A DNA stretch of 64,000 nt from Acidobacteriota bacterium (GCA_965205505.1 CBDBHB010000009.1:1760001-1824000), one strand, 5' to 3'; positions 28,988 to 40,489 are shown, numbered from the stretch's first letter. A program made the numbers and translations. The notes: a model not told the origin generated them from the sequence alone.

Positions 28988-30919
28988 TCAACGGAAATCG
29001 GGCTCGTAGGCGACTTCGAGTGCCTGGTATTCGGTCCACAGCTGCGCCGCCCGGCGCCAATCGTTGGCGTTGATTGACGCACGAATATCGTCGAGGCGGT
29101 CGGCGAGCTCGAAGACCTTGGGTGCATGTGCCAGATTCTCGAGCGCCGAGGCGTCGAGCCTCAAGTCGGCGGCTACGGTGCGCAGCATGAGGTCGGCGTG
29201 CTCGGCATCGTGCGCTGGAATGAGGGTAGACAGCGTCGAGGTAAACGTCGACAGCGCACCCCAGAACAACTGGAACAGCGTGTTGTCCTCGTCGAACACC
29301 TCGTACGGGTCCGCCCCTTCGCCCATCGTCTCGAGGTAGGTCGTCAAGTCGGACTGTTGGCTGTCGTCGAGGCCGAGGTCGAACTGATCGTCGAACCAAT
29401 CGACAACCTCGACGAGAGTCGCCACGGCGCCGTCGTGGAAGTACGGCGCGGTGTGCATCACGCCGATCAACGTCGGCGTGTCGAAGAACGTGTCCCGAGC
29501 GCCCGGACTCGACCGGTCGCCACTACCGATGTCGTGCCGCCGGCCGTCGAGGAAATTGTTGCTCGGCACGTGACAGGTGCTGCAGGCACGTCCGCCCATG
29601 CCGTCGAACGAGCGATTGAACAGTGCCTCACCGCGCCGGGCGGAGTCGGAAGCGGCGTCGTTGAGTCGGCCGTCGGGCTGTAGGTAAGGTGCCGGCAGCC
29701 AATCGAACTCGAGCATGTAGGCGACCAGAGCATCGAGCATCATCGGCGAGGGTTCCTCGCCGGCAAACTCGTTGACCACAACGTTTCGGGTGAAGTCACG
29801 GAGGCTCGCGAAACGGCCGTCGCGGCCATAGGGCGCCGTGAACCGGAGGCCGCGCAAGCTCGGGATGTCGAGCGCGTCGGCCCGGCGATCGTTGAAGCGC
29901 GGATTGAAGTAGTGCCCGTCGACGTCGACGTTTCCGGGGCGCGTGCTGATCCCTGGGATGAAGAACCGTTGGTTGATGTCGCTACGGTTGTGGCAGCGCG
30001 AGCACGAGAGGTCGAGGCTGAGCGCCGGCTCACCGAAGATCTGCGGCGAGTCGAAGAGCATGTCTCCGTAGGTCACCAGGAACAGATCCTTCTCGTCGGC
30101 GCCGCGCTCCTCGAAGTTCAGCACCAGGCGGGGCAGAGGATCTTGGTCGTTGAGGTCGGTGGCCGGTGGCAACCACGGCGCCACTCCGGCCCTCGACATG
30201 CGACCGACCGCCGGAACCGGGTCGAAGTGTGTCATGCTCGGCCCGCCGTCGCCCTCGTAGTTGGCGGTGAGGTAGGCCTCGACGGCCTCGACGGCGCTGG
30301 CGAAACGCTCCCTGTCGGCCGCCTGGACGCCGCGGCTCTCGACCCCTGCCGAGCCCACCGTTGTCGTCAGCTCGAGCCACGCGCGGCCCAGGTCTCGAGC
30401 ACCCTGCGAGTCGGTGGCACGCACGAATCGGTCGAATGCACGATACATCCGGCTGGCCTGATGCACCTCCTCGAGGGCTGCCCCTGGCGTGCCGAGATTT
30501 GCCAGCGCGCGCCGCAGATGCAACCGTACGAGTTGCGACACCGCGCGCGTGGCCGAAGCCGACAACGACTCGGCATCGGAGGCCGCAATGGCGTTGCGGA
30601 TCATTGCCGTGTGGTCGGTCCCGTCGAGCTCTGTGGCCAGCGCGATGGCGTCGTAGACCGAGTCGAGGTGCCAACCGTCTTCACGCACGCCCTCATATTC
30701 GGACCGGACGAGTGTCCAATCCACCGGCTGGAGCTTGAGGTAGAACAGGCTGCGCAGATACGCCGCCGGAACCGGGTGCCAGGGTTCCTCGCGGATGATG
30801 TGGGATCGGCCCGTCAACGGGAGCAGAAAGAGTGTTCCCAGAACGAGTGTCGCCAGCCGGGCGAGGCGACGGTGTCGACGGGTCGGGGCCAAGGTTGCCA
30901 CAGGGGTCCCGAAGTTCAT
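28988..30919 (-). CDS. exported di-heme cytochrome c peroxidase/MauG-like protein with a long N-terminal extension
   Basis: CSRCH and CSTCH heme motifs, PSLRGLRFTAPY.RDG, TPTL...HTAPYFHDG. Confidence 0.8.
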   Translation of the reverse strand: MNFGTPVATLAPTRRHRRLARLATLVLGTLFLLPLTGRSHIIREEPWHPVPAAYLRSLFYLKLQPVDWTLVRSEYEGVREDGWHLDSVYDAIALATELDGTDHTAMIRNAIAASDAESLSASATRAVSQLVRLHLRRALANLGTPGAALEEVHQASRMYRAFDRFVRATDSQGARDLGRAWLELTTTVGSAGVESRGVQAADRERFASAVEAVEAYLTANYEGDGGPSMTHFDPVPAVGRMSRAGVAPWLPPATDLNDQDPLPRLVLNFEERGADEKDLFLVTYGDMLFDSPQIFGEPALSLDLSCSRCHNRSDINQRFFIPGISTRPGNVDVDGHYFNPRFNDRRADALDIPSLRGLRFTAPYGRDGRFASLRDFTRNVVVNEFAGEEPSPMMLDALVAYMLEFDWLPAPYLQPDGRLNDAASDSARRGEALFNRSFDGMGGRACSTCHVPSNNFLDGRRHDIGSGDRSSPGARDTFFDTPTLIGVMHTAPYFHDGAVATLVEVVDWFDDQFDLGLDDSQQSDLTTYLETMGEGADPYEVFDEDNTLFQLFWGALSTFTSTLSTLIPAHDAEHADLMLRTVAADLRLDASALENLAHAPKVFELADRLDDIRASINANDWRRAAQLWTEYQALEVAYEPDFR

Positions 30920-31045
30920 CACTTCCTCGCTACCAGCGGATGGCGGTTCCAACGCCGACGAAGAAATCGTCGGCGCGATCATCGAGCCCTGGAGCGTCGT
31001 CGCTGCGAAAGTTAGGCAAGGCTAAAGATTGTAGTTTAGCCACAC

Positions 31046-32777
31046 CTAATTCACTTGGCTAGCCCGCTGCTGGCCTTTTCCCACAGTCGCTCGGCTGCCG
31101 CTAGGTCCGTTGCGGTGCAGCTTCCACCAGCCCTCGGCCTGTCGGTTGTCCCAGCTCTCCTCTGTCGGGATATCGCGCAGCGCGTCTCCAAACTGGCGCA
31201 TGCTTTGAAACGGTTCTTTCGGATCCTTGGCGAACGTCTGCAGGATGACCTCGTCGAACTGCTGCGGGATCGGTAACTCGGTGCGGGTTGAGGGGGGCTT
31301 CGGCTCGGTCTTGACGTGGTCGACCACCATCTCCATGGGCAACCGAGAGTCGAAGACGAGCTGTCCGGTGGCGAGCCAGTAGCCCACCGCGCCCAGGGCA
31401 TAGATGTCGGCACGGCGGTCGACATCCTTCTTGCCCAGCGCGACCTCGGGGGGCATATAGGCCGGGGTGCCCGAGGCCATCCCCTCTCCGGTGAGTTGGG
31501 TGCGCGCGTTTTCGGAGGTATCGACGTCCTTTACCAGCCCGAAATCGAGCACTTTCACGAAGTCGTAGTTAATCCCTTTGCGGGTGGCAAAGATGTTGGC
31601 TGGCTTCACGTCGCGGTGGATCAGCCCATGCTCGTGGGCATCGGCGAGGGAGTCGCAGGCCTGGGTGAGTAGATAGACGGTTCGTGCGATCGAAACCGGC
31701 CCGTGTTTCTCTACCAACGTGTCGAAATCGAGCCCATCGAGGTACTCCATGCGTAATAGAACGAACCATCGTCGGTGGTGCCGAAGTCGTAGAGCTCGAT
31801 CGTGTTCGGCGAGGTCAATGTGGCGGTGGCCTGCGCCTCTCGCTCGAAGCGCTTCATCGCCTGGTTGATCGCGGTCGTGCCCGACGAGCCTCCGCCGTTG
31901 CGCAGCATCTCGGGCCGGATCACCTTGATGGCCGCCGGGCGCGTCAACAGGTTGTGACGCGCCAGCCATACCTCACCCATGCCCCCTGGCCGAGCTTCTT
32001 CTCAAGGTGGTACTGGCTCGCGAAGCCGCGCTCGTAATCTGCCTGCCGCAACGAATCGATGATGTAGGTGCCGTAGACCGCGATCCCCACCGCGGCGGCC
32101 ATGGCGAGCGCGCCGCTCGAGACTTTCTCGAAGTCGGCCTGCTGCGCCGCGGCCGCTGCCACCTCGGGATGCGCGCGGATCATCCACCAGCCGAAGGCGA
32201 ACGGCCACGCAGCCATCGGCAGCGTATGCGCCAGCGTCCGCTTCCAACTCGCCGGCATGAACATGGCGTAGGCCACGATGATGAGCGCCATGTGCAGGCA
32301 GAGCCGGAACCAGTGGAGCATCGTCATGGCGGCCGCTTCCCCGGCGATGGGCAACCGTGCTCCCTCGAGGACGAGGTTGTAATTCTGGAATGTCATCGCG
32401 AGCACGGCGCCGGTGAAAAACCACCACTCGATAAGGCGCAGCGGGCCGAGCGGCGCCTCTTCCCGAATATAGAGGTAGGCGGTGGCCGCCCCGACCGTAA
32501 GCCACACAAAAAGCGGCGGCAGCAGCGAAAAGTCCACGGCGAAGAAGACGTGGCGGGCCAGCCCGAAGCCCGACACCACGACGATCAGAGTGCCGAATGC
32601 CCGCAGCCGGTTTTGCAGCGCATAGGCCAGCCGGGCTTTGAGCTGACTATCCTTCCTCCCCCCCATGCCGAAATGGCGGCAGAAGTTGTGCTGGCAATCG
32701 CTATCGCCGGGGAGGGAGCTGTCGCCCCGCGGGTCGGTACGCATCGATTCGGGCGTAGTTCGCATCACGGCTGACAT
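31046..32777 (-). pseudogene. membrane-anchored Ser/Thr protein kinase with two frameshifts (about 31980 and 31755)
   Basis: TM N-terminus; LGQG/MGEV, AAIK, HRDVKPAN, DFG, GTPAYMPPE spread over three frames. Confidence 0.85.
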
Positions 32778-32984
32778 TGGAGGGTCGTGAGGGTTCGTTT
32801 CCGATCATGTTACCCGGAACTCGTAGGGCACCTGTGCCGTCATCGACTCGGCCGAATACATGGTGTAGCTCAACAGCGGGTGGGCTGCCCACCCTCTGGG
32901 GCATGTCGATCAGGACGGCGACGCGATCGATATCTACGCTATCCTCCATCCGCCTCGAATCTCCACGACACTCAGGGTCGACCG

Positions 32985-34960
32985 ATGCGCCGTTCGCTGA
33001 CCGCTCTCTTGTGCGCCGCTTGTTTGCTCAGCGTCTCCGCCCCGGTGGTCCGGCCCCAGGAGACGGCGGAGCGTTTCCAGTGGCCGTCGTTTCGCGGCCC
33101 CTCGGCCTCGGGAGTCGCCGACGGTCAGAATCCGCCGACGGCGTGGGATCCGCAGACCGGACACAACGTCTTGTGGAGCACCCCGATCCCGGGGCTCGGG
33201 CACTCGAGCCCGATCGTCTGGGGAGACCGGATCTATCTGACAACGGCGGTCAGCGATGATCCCGATTCGATCTTTCGTACGGTACCGACGGTCGCCAGGA
33301 TCGCAGGTCCGACCGATCGCGCAACACTTGGTATGTCTACGCAATCGATCGACGCGGCGGCGAGGTGGTCTGGGTGCGCCAGGCGAGCAGCGGCAGCCCG
33401 AGCGTGCAGCGCCACCCCAAGAATAGCTACGCATCCGCAACCCCGGCGACCGATGGAGAGCACGTCGTGGTCTTGGTGGCTACCGGTGGCTTGTTTTGTT
33501 ACGACTTCGAAGGCGAGCAGCTGTGGAATGTCGATCTCGGACCTCTGGATTCGGGCGCCTCCTACGACACCGCCTATCAGTGGGGCGCCGCCAGCTCACC
33601 GATCATCTGGCAAGACCTGGTGATCGTGCAGGCGGATCAGCAGGAGGGCTCGTTCATCGCCGCCTTCGATATCGGCACCGGTGAAGAGGCCTGGCGGACG
33701 CCGCGCGACCTCATCTCATCGTTCTCGACGCCGACGATCCATGTCGGCACGGAGCGCACCGAGCTCGTGACCAACGGCGCCGGCACGATGCACGGATACG
33801 ACCCGGCGAGCGGCGAGGAACTTTGGAGGATGTCGGGCAGTTCTTTCAACACAACGCCGACGCCGGTCAGCGATCGAGGTCTCATCTACGTGACCAGCGG
33901 TTATCGCACGCGGCCGATCTTCGCCATCCGTGTGGGCGCCTCCCGCGACATATCGCTCGCCGACGGCGAGCGATCGAACCCGCACGTCGCCTGGAGCGCA
34001 CCACGCGATGGGCCCTACATCACCTCGCCGCTCGTCTACCGCGGCTACCTGTACGTGGTCTCGGCCAACGGCGTGTTGACGGTCTTTCAGGCGACCACAG
34101 GTGAGCGTGCCTACAAGCGGCGCATCGGCGACACGGGCGGCGCCTACAGCGCCTCGCCCATCGCCGCCGACGGTCGCATCTACCTGACCAGCGAGGACGG
34201 CGACATCTTCGTCGTCAGGGCCGGGCCCGAGTATGAGCTGCTGGCAACCAACCGCATGGGCGAGGTCTGCCTGGCGACGCCGGCGATCTCCGAAGGGCAG
34301 ATGTTCATCCGCACGACGGACCATCTTCTTGCTGTGACAGACGGCATCGCGCCCGAGGTTGCGGTGGCGGAGGGATCCTCGTCGACCCCGTTCCCCGCCG
34401 CGTTGGCGGCCGGGCTCACGCTACCCTTTGATTCCTTCGAAGATGGGGATCTGTTGGCGCACACCGGTGTTCGTTGGCAAACGTTCACCAACGGGGTATC
34501 CGCGGCAGCGCTGCGGCTCGTCGATGGCGGCGCCGCGGCAACCTCGAGCTCTGCCAGGCTCGACGGCGAGCTGGCGCTCGGTGCGGCGCGCGGGCCGCTC
34601 GCCCAGATGTACCTCCCGTTCGATCGTGGGGCGGTGCCGATCAACCTCGAGAACCTCGGCGGCGTTCGCTTTTATGCCCGCGGCAGTAGCTCCTTCGAAC
34701 TGACTTTCGGCTGCGCTGGCGGCGAGTTCGGCAAGGAGATCCCGGCGGCCGAGGAGTGGCGGCTAGTAGAGCTCGTCGCCAGCGAGTTGACGCTGGTGCC
34801 CGAACCGGCGACGCCGGTCGATTGGAGCGGCACCGATTGCCGCGGGCTATACTTCTCCCGCCGAGGCGACGCGAATCTCGGTGAATTCTGGTTCGAGGTC
34901 GACGAGATCACGTTCTACGGTGTCGACGCCTGGGAGTTACGGGACGGATCGTCGCCTTGA
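32985..34960 (+). CDS. PQQ/BamB-like beta-propeller protein with a C-terminal CIA30/CBM-like domain, frameshift near 33285
   Basis: [35 protein letters not shown]; C-terminal [16 protein letters not shown]. Confidence 0.78.
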
Positions 34961-34997
34961 ATGGCGGTTTCGACCGTGATCATCGTGGCACGGGTGG

Positions 34998-36101
34998 TCA
35001 GCAGCAGCCGAGATAGAGCGTGTTCGGCGCATCCGATCGGCCGGCCACAATGTCGGCAACGCCGTCGCCGTTGACGTCACCGATCGCCACCCCGTACATG
35101 GCGCCCTGGGCGTTGCCGAAGCGGGTCAATGTGAACCCGTCACCTGATCCGTCGTTGGTCAGGATGGCGCTCGGAGCCCCGGCGTTGCCGACCACGACAT
35201 CCTCGTCGCCGTCTCCGTCCAGGTCGGCCACAGCCAGCGAGAACACGACGTCGCCGCGGTCACCGATCGCCCTGGATTCCTCGAATGAGGCGTCGCCGCG
35301 GTTGATGTACAGTCGCGCCCCGCCCTCGACTTCATCACCCACGACGATGTCGAGGAGGCCGTCGCCGTCGATATCGCCGAGGGCCACCGCGCGGGTCGCG
35401 GAGCGCCTCGGGCCGACAGCGTGGCGCTCGTCGAAGCCACCGGCGCCGTCATTGACGAACAGGTAGCTTTGGCCCCCATCACGATGGGGTACGAACAGGT
35501 CGACGGACCCGTCACCGGTCAGATCACCGGCCGCTATCGTGGTGGCCGACTCGCCCGACAGCACATCGCAGGCGGGAAAGGCGCCGGTGCCGTCGTTGAA
35601 GCAAACGTAGTTGGCGCTGAGATTATCGGGCCCGCCGCGGTTGGCAACGATGATCTCGGGGCGCTCGTCGCCGTTCAAGTCGGCCACCGTGACGTTGCGC
35701 GTCGGCCACTCAGGATCGCCGAAGGTCCCGGCCAGGCTGAAATGGCCCTCGCCGTCGTTGAAGTAGACGCGCTTGTCGTCGGGGCGATCGTTGCCGACCA
35801 CCAGGTCGAGGTCGGCATCGCCGTCGAGGTCGGCGAGGGCCGCCGTGTAGGTCCGATCCGCCGATCCGCCGACCTCGTGGCGCTGCTCGAACCCACCGGC
35901 GCCGTCGTTGAGCAAGACGAAGTCGACCAGGGGCCAATGGCGTCCCTTGGCGAGGACGATATCGAGGTCGCCGTCGCCGTCGAGGTCGCCGAGGCTGGCG
36001 TTGGCGCTGGTCTCGGCGGTTTCCTCGAGCGCCACGCTTCGCAAGCTCTGACCGTTCGAGGCCAAAACAGCGAGCAGCAATCCGAAGACAGCTGAGTTCA
36101 T
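34998..36101 (-). CDS. FG-GAP/VCBS repeat protein
   Basis: seven GD(L/I/V)DGDGDxD-type repeats after a signal peptide. Confidence 0.88.
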   Translation of the reverse strand: MNSAVFGLLLAVLASNGQSLRSVALEETAETSANASLGDLDGDGDLDIVLAKGRHWPLVDFVLLNDGAGGFEQRHEVGGSADRTYTAALADLDGDADLDLVVGNDRPDDKRVYFNDGEGHFSLAGTFGDPEWPTRNVTVADLNGDERPEIIVANRGGPDNLSANYVCFNDGTGAFPACDVLSGESATTIAAGDLTGDGSVDLFVPHRDGGQSYLFVNDGAGGFDERHAVGPRRSATRAVALGDIDGDGLLDIVVGDEVEGGARLYINRGDASFEESRAIGDRGDVVFSLAVADLDGDGDEDVVVGNAGAPSAILTNDGSGDGFTLTRFGNAQGAMYGVAIGDVNGDGVADIVAGRSDAPNTLYLGCC

Positions 36102-36266
36102 CGCCCGTCCCTCCTGGCGCGTCCGACTTCCGTTCACCGGTTATCTCACGCCGAACTCTGCCAGCAGCTCCGTTGAGTTGACAATGCTCCCGGAACTCTT
36201 TGCAATATCACGGGACGATACTGCATTATCATGAAACGATATTGAATTTCATCGAGCTTGAGGCCC

Positions 36267-36353
36267 GGCCACTTCGCCCTCGAGGAGGACGGGACAGTCA
36301 TTGCCTCGCTCATGCGCGACTTCCTGGCCCGCCATCTCGAGGCCACCGACTGA
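36267..36353 (+). pseudogene. orphan 3' end of an alpha/beta hydrolase
   Basis: GHFALEEDGTVIASLMRDFLARH-stop with no upstream coding part. Confidence 0.55.
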
Positions 36354-36392
36354 AACGAGAACACACCCCCTGCCCACGGTTGCGGCTCTTGC

Positions 36393-38009
36393 TCAATACT
36401 TGAGAGTCTCGCCTGGCAGCGGTGGGGTGTGACGGGGCAGACGGCGCGCTGCGGTACGCTGCTCGAACGCGTAGCCGAGTGCCAACAGACGCGGCTCGCT
36501 GAACGCGCGGCCCATGAATGACAGCGTCACCGGTAGCCCGGAAGTCGTGAAGCCCGCGGGGACGGCGAGAGCGGGAAAGCCCGCCAAGCTCGCGATGTTG
36601 GTGGGAGTGCTGCTCATAGTCGCGGTGAGCGCACTCCCGCCGACCAGCTGGGGCGGTGGATCGGCGTCGATCCGGGTGGGTCTGGTAGGAGATGTGGGGT
36701 AGACGATCGCGTCCAGCTCATCGACCTCGAATAGCCCGGCCACCATATCCCGAATCAGCGGCAAGCCATGGTTGCGTACGGCGAGATAGTCATAGTCGTT
36801 CAACGTGCCGGCTTCCGTTTCCCTTTTGAGCAGATGCCAGCGCGACGCGTTGGGAACATACCCCTCCGGTGACGGTGACCTGAGCATGGTCGACCGCCGA
36901 TACAGCTCTTCCACGGTCTTGGGATACTCCTCGTCCAGGGTTGCGAGATATTCGCCCATTTGCGGTTTGAACTCGGGAAGGCGCACCGTCCAATAAAGTT
37001 CCTCCCGGGAACGCAGGAGCCACTCCGGAAACTCCACCTCCACGATGGTCGCACCGGCCGCGCGCATCGCCTCCAGCGAGACTTCGACGACCCAATCCAC
37101 GTCCCCATCCTGTCCGAGGAACTGACGGGCAACCCCGATGCGAGCGCCGTCGAGAGCGTCGGCGTCGAGGTAGGCCGTGTAGTCACTCTCGACCCTGCCG
37201 GCGACCCCGGCGGTCGCTTCGTCGGCGGGGTCGACTCCGGCCAGTATGCCGAGGGAGACCGCCACATCGTAGACGTGGCGAGCCATGGGGCCAGCCATGT
37301 CGAAAGACAGGCCGAGCGGAATGATGCCGTCCCGGCTGAGGAGACCGTACGTCGGCCTCAGACCCACGATGCCGTTGGCAGACGCCGGGGCGCGGACGGA
37401 GCCACCCGTGTCGGTCCCCAGGCCGAGAGGCGCGTAAACGGCGGCGATGCCGGCTCCCGTGCCAATGGATGACCCCGAAGGTGACCGTTCGACGTCGTGT
37501 GGGTTCCGTGTCACTCCCCCGATGGAGCTCAAGGAGTCGCCCGAGGCGAACTCGCTCATGGTCGTCTTCGCCAGGATGACCGCCCCGGCGTCGCGCAGCT
37601 TCCGCACGAGAAACGCGTCATCGGGAGGCAGCGATCCGGCCAGCACGAACGACCCGCCAGTGGTCGGCATGTCATGCGTATCGAAGTTGTCCTTCAGGAG
37701 GACGGGAATGCCGTGCAGCGGTGACCGCGGTCCACTCGTCGCCCTCTCAGCATCGAGGGCTCGGGCTTCCGCCAACGCGCTCTGATTCAATGCCATCACC
37801 GCGTTCAGCTCGGGACCGGCATCGTCGAAAGCCGCGATACGTGCCAAGCTGAGCTCGATGAGCCTCTCGGACGTGAGCTTGCCGGAATCGAAGGCGGCGT
37901 TGATGGCCGTCGTGAGCTCGAATGTCCCTTCCCGGGGCTCTTGTGAGGCCTCGGAGACGCCCAACGAGAGCGCCATGGCGATGGGCGGTATCAGGTAACG
38001 ATGTCGCAT
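36393..38009 (-). CDS. exported amidase-signature family protein
   Basis: LHGIPVLLKDN, SGSS.G, GTDTGGSVRAP. Confidence 0.92.
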   Translation of the reverse strand: MRHRYLIPPIAMALSLGVSEASQEPREGTFELTTAINAAFDSGKLTSERLIELSLARIAAFDDAGPELNAVMALNQSALAEARALDAERATSGPRSPLHGIPVLLKDNFDTHDMPTTGGSFVLAGSLPPDDAFLVRKLRDAGAVILAKTTMSEFASGDSLSSIGGVTRNPHDVERSPSGSSIGTGAGIAAVYAPLGLGTDTGGSVRAPASANGIVGLRPTYGLLSRDGIIPLGLSFDMAGPMARHVYDVAVSLGILAGVDPADEATAGVAGRVESDYTAYLDADALDGARIGVARQFLGQDGDVDWVVEVSLEAMRAAGATIVEVEFPEWLLRSREELYWTVRLPEFKPQMGEYLATLDEEYPKTVEELYRRSTMLRSPSPEGYVPNASRWHLLKRETEAGTLNDYDYLAVRNHGLPLIRDMVAGLFEVDELDAIVYPTSPTRPTRIDADPPPQLVGGSALTATMSSTPTNIASLAGFPALAVPAGFTTSGLPVTLSFMGRAFSEPRLLALGYAFEQRTAARRLPRHTPPLPGETLKY

Positions 38010-38081
38010 GGTGGCCCCTTCGACGGTGAGAGCATGATCGTGTCGCGGCCGGTCAGGGTGCGGCGCCCTATCTGTCCCGGC

Positions 38082-38846
38082 TCAGGTGTAGCCCAGCGTA
38101 GCGGACAGCAGTGCCGCGGCGTCGCGGACGGCGGCGCCTGCACGGCTCCGCGCCTTGCCGTTGAGCCGCCCGGACGGTCCGCCAATCGATATGGCCGCTA
38201 ACGGACGCCCACCCGCATCGACGATCGCGGCGCCCACCGCAGTGAAGCCCAGCTCGAGTTCGTCGACGGCAGTAGCGTAGCCACGCTTTTTCGCCAGCTT
38301 CAGGTGCTCGTCAAGCCGCCGCTTGCTCGTCACCGTCTTGGAGGTCAGCCGCGACAACCGACCCGAGAGCAGCTCGGCGCGCTCGTCAGGCTCCAACGCC
38401 GCCAGCAACGCCTTGCCCGTGGAGGTGGCGTGGAGTGGCGCCGACAAGCCCACCTCATGACTCACGCCGACGAGTTGGCGCGCGACTACCTGGTCTACGA
38501 CCAAGACGCTACCGTTCGACAAGACATGGAGGGTGGCGGTCTCGCCACTGTCGGCCGCGAGGCTCTGTAGATGAGAGTGGGCGAGGGTGCGTAGCTGATC
38601 GGAGCGGCCAGCCCGCATTGCGAGTTGGATTATCCCAGGTCCGAGCCGGTAGGCGCCGCCCGGCTCCCGCGTCACCAGATCTTCACTTGCCAGCGCCGCG
38701 AGGAGGCGATACGTGGTCGTGCGAGCGAGGCCGACTTCGTTGGTCAGTGTGGCAAGATCCTCGTCGCCATGCTCGCTGAGCGCCTTGAGTAAGCGCACGG
38801 CGCGGAGAACTGACTGGGTGCCCGCGGGCGCCGGCCGCGAGCTCAG
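38082..38846 (-). CDS. IclR-family regulator (start uncertain)
   Basis: QSVLRAVRLL, TTYRLL, HATSTGKALLA, GYA..DE..G. Confidence 0.88.
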   Translation of the reverse strand: MSSRPAPAGTQSVLRAVRLLKALSEHGDEDLATLTNEVGLARTTTYRLLAALASEDLVTREPGGAYRLGPGIIQLAMRAGRSDQLRTLAHSHLQSLAADSGETATLHVLSNGSVLVVDQVVARQLVGVSHEVGLSAPLHATSTGKALLAALEPDERAELLSGRLSRLTSKTVTSKRRLDEHLKLAKKRGYATAVDELELGFTAVGAAIVDAGGRPLAAISIGGPSGRLNGKARSRAGAAVRDAAALLSATLGYT

Positions 38847-38910
38847 ACGGTTGAGTCCAGCGCGACGATCCGGAGAGGTGCCGTGGCCTTCATGTACAGG
38901 CCGCCGCCGG

Positions 38911-40485
38911 CTAGCCAAGGTGCCCGCTCTTCCAGTCCGCGCCGATTCGCGCCGCGGCGTTCTTGCCGGGGATTCCGGTGATGCCGCCGCCTGGGTGGCA
39001 GCCGGGGCCACCCAGGTACAGACCGTGCACTGGGGTACGGTGGTCGTACCAGCCGGCGATGGGCCGCATGTACAGAAGCTGATCCATCGACATCTCGCCA
39101 TGATACGGATGCCCACCCGGGATACCGAGCTTGCCCTCCAGGTCGGCCGGCGTGGTGACGTCGACATGCTGGACCGAGGAGGCGAAGCCTGGCGCATGGC
39201 TATCGATCGCGTCGATCACCGACTTGGCGAGGTCGTCGCGCTTCGATTCCCAGCCCGAGTCGCTGAACACACGCGGAACGTATTGAACCCAAGCGTGCAT
39301 GACGTGCATTCCTGCCGGCGCCAGGGTCGAATCGGTAAGGCTGGGCACCGTGATGTCCACAATCGGTCGCTCCGGCAGGCGGCCGTATTTCATTGCGTCG
39401 AACGACTTCTCCAGATATGCGAGGCTGTCGCCGATCTGCACGCGCCCGGCCCAGGCCGAGTCATCGAGACCGGCTACCTGCGGCAAAGTATCGGCAGCGA
39501 TGCGCACAGCCGCGACAGTGCCGCGCATGCGTATGTTCTGTGCGGCGGCGACGTGGTCTGGGTCGAGCCATCCGGTGTCGAGCAACCCCGTCAGCGTGGT
39601 CCGCGGGTCGATCGCCGACATTATGGCCTGACAGGGGATCTCCTCGCCGTCGTCGAGAACCACTCCGACGGCCCGATCGTCGTCAACTCTAACTCGAGCC
39701 ACCCGCGCCGCGCTCCGCAACTCGGCGCCGGCCGCTCTCGCCGCCGAGGCGAGCGCGTCGGCGAGCCCGCCGCTGCCGCCCACCGCGAAGGTCGGTGCCC
39801 CGAAGAGCGGTCCACCCCAGGCAGGACGATGATAAAGAAGCGTGTAGCCGCCGCCCGGCGACCAAGGGCCGAGCCACGATGCCGCCAGCCCACGCCAAGC
39901 CACAGCGGCCCGCAAGCGTTCGTCGTCGAAGCGTTCCTCGACGATGTCGCGAAGCGACATCGTCAGAAGACGCATGGCCTGCGGCATATCGCGCCGGCCG
40001 AGACGGCGCATACGCCACCCCAGGGTCAGGAGCTCGAACACGGCGCCGACCCCGGCGGCTTCGATTTCGGGCAATGCGCCACCCATGACTGGCTCCAGGG
40101 CACGGGCTATGCGCGACAACAGCCCTTCGAACTCCTGATAGGCGCGCTGATCGGTCTCCGAAAGTTGCGACGATGCTCCGTCGCCGGCCAGCTGGAGGGG
40201 CTCTGACGCGCCGAGGATTGTCGTGTGCGCCGCGCCTGAAACCGTGCGCAGGCCGTGCTTCTTCAAATCGAGCTCCGACACCACCGACGGATGCAACATG
40301 TCGACCGTGGGGAACAGCATCGGCGCTCGTATCCCAGGGGCGAACTCCACGCTTGCCGCGGTGCCGCCGAATGTCTCCTGCGCCTCCAGAACAACGACCC
40401 GACGCCCGGCCCGCGCCAGATAGGCGGCGGCGGCGAGCCCGTTGTGGCCACCGCCGATCACAACCACGTCGTGGAAATCAGTCAT
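38911..40485 (-). CDS. phytoene-dehydrogenase-like (PYROXD2-type) FAD oxidoreductase
   Basis: IGGGHNGL, HGEM..DQ..RP, HPGGGITGIPG. Confidence 0.85.
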   Translation of the reverse strand: MTDFHDVVVIGGGHNGLAAAAYLARAGRRVVVLEAQETFGGTAASVEFAPGIRAPMLFPTVDMLHPSVVSELDLKKHGLRTVSGAAHTTILGASEPLQLAGDGASSQLSETDQRAYQEFEGLLSRIARALEPVMGGALPEIEAAGVGAVFELLTLGWRMRRLGRRDMPQAMRLLTMSLRDIVEERFDDERLRAAVAWRGLAASWLGPWSPGGGYTLLYHRPAWGGPLFGAPTFAVGGSGGLADALASAARAAGAELRSAARVARVRVDDDRAVGVVLDDGEEIPCQAIMSAIDPRTTLTGLLDTGWLDPDHVAAAQNIRMRGTVAAVRIAADTLPQVAGLDDSAWAGRVQIGDSLAYLEKSFDAMKYGRLPERPIVDITVPSLTDSTLAPAGMHVMHAWVQYVPRVFSDSGWESKRDDLAKSVIDAIDSHAPGFASSVQHVDVTTPADLEGKLGIPGGHPYHGEMSMDQLLYMRPIAGWYDHRTPVHGLYLGGPGCHPGGGITGIPGKNAAARIGADWKSGHLG

Positions 40486-40489
40486 GCGC

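Noticed and set aside
38713-40206. Long antisense ORFs (also 5186-6520, 54081-55445, 43894-44889)
   Set aside because: Shadow frames of high-GC genes, with no motifs.
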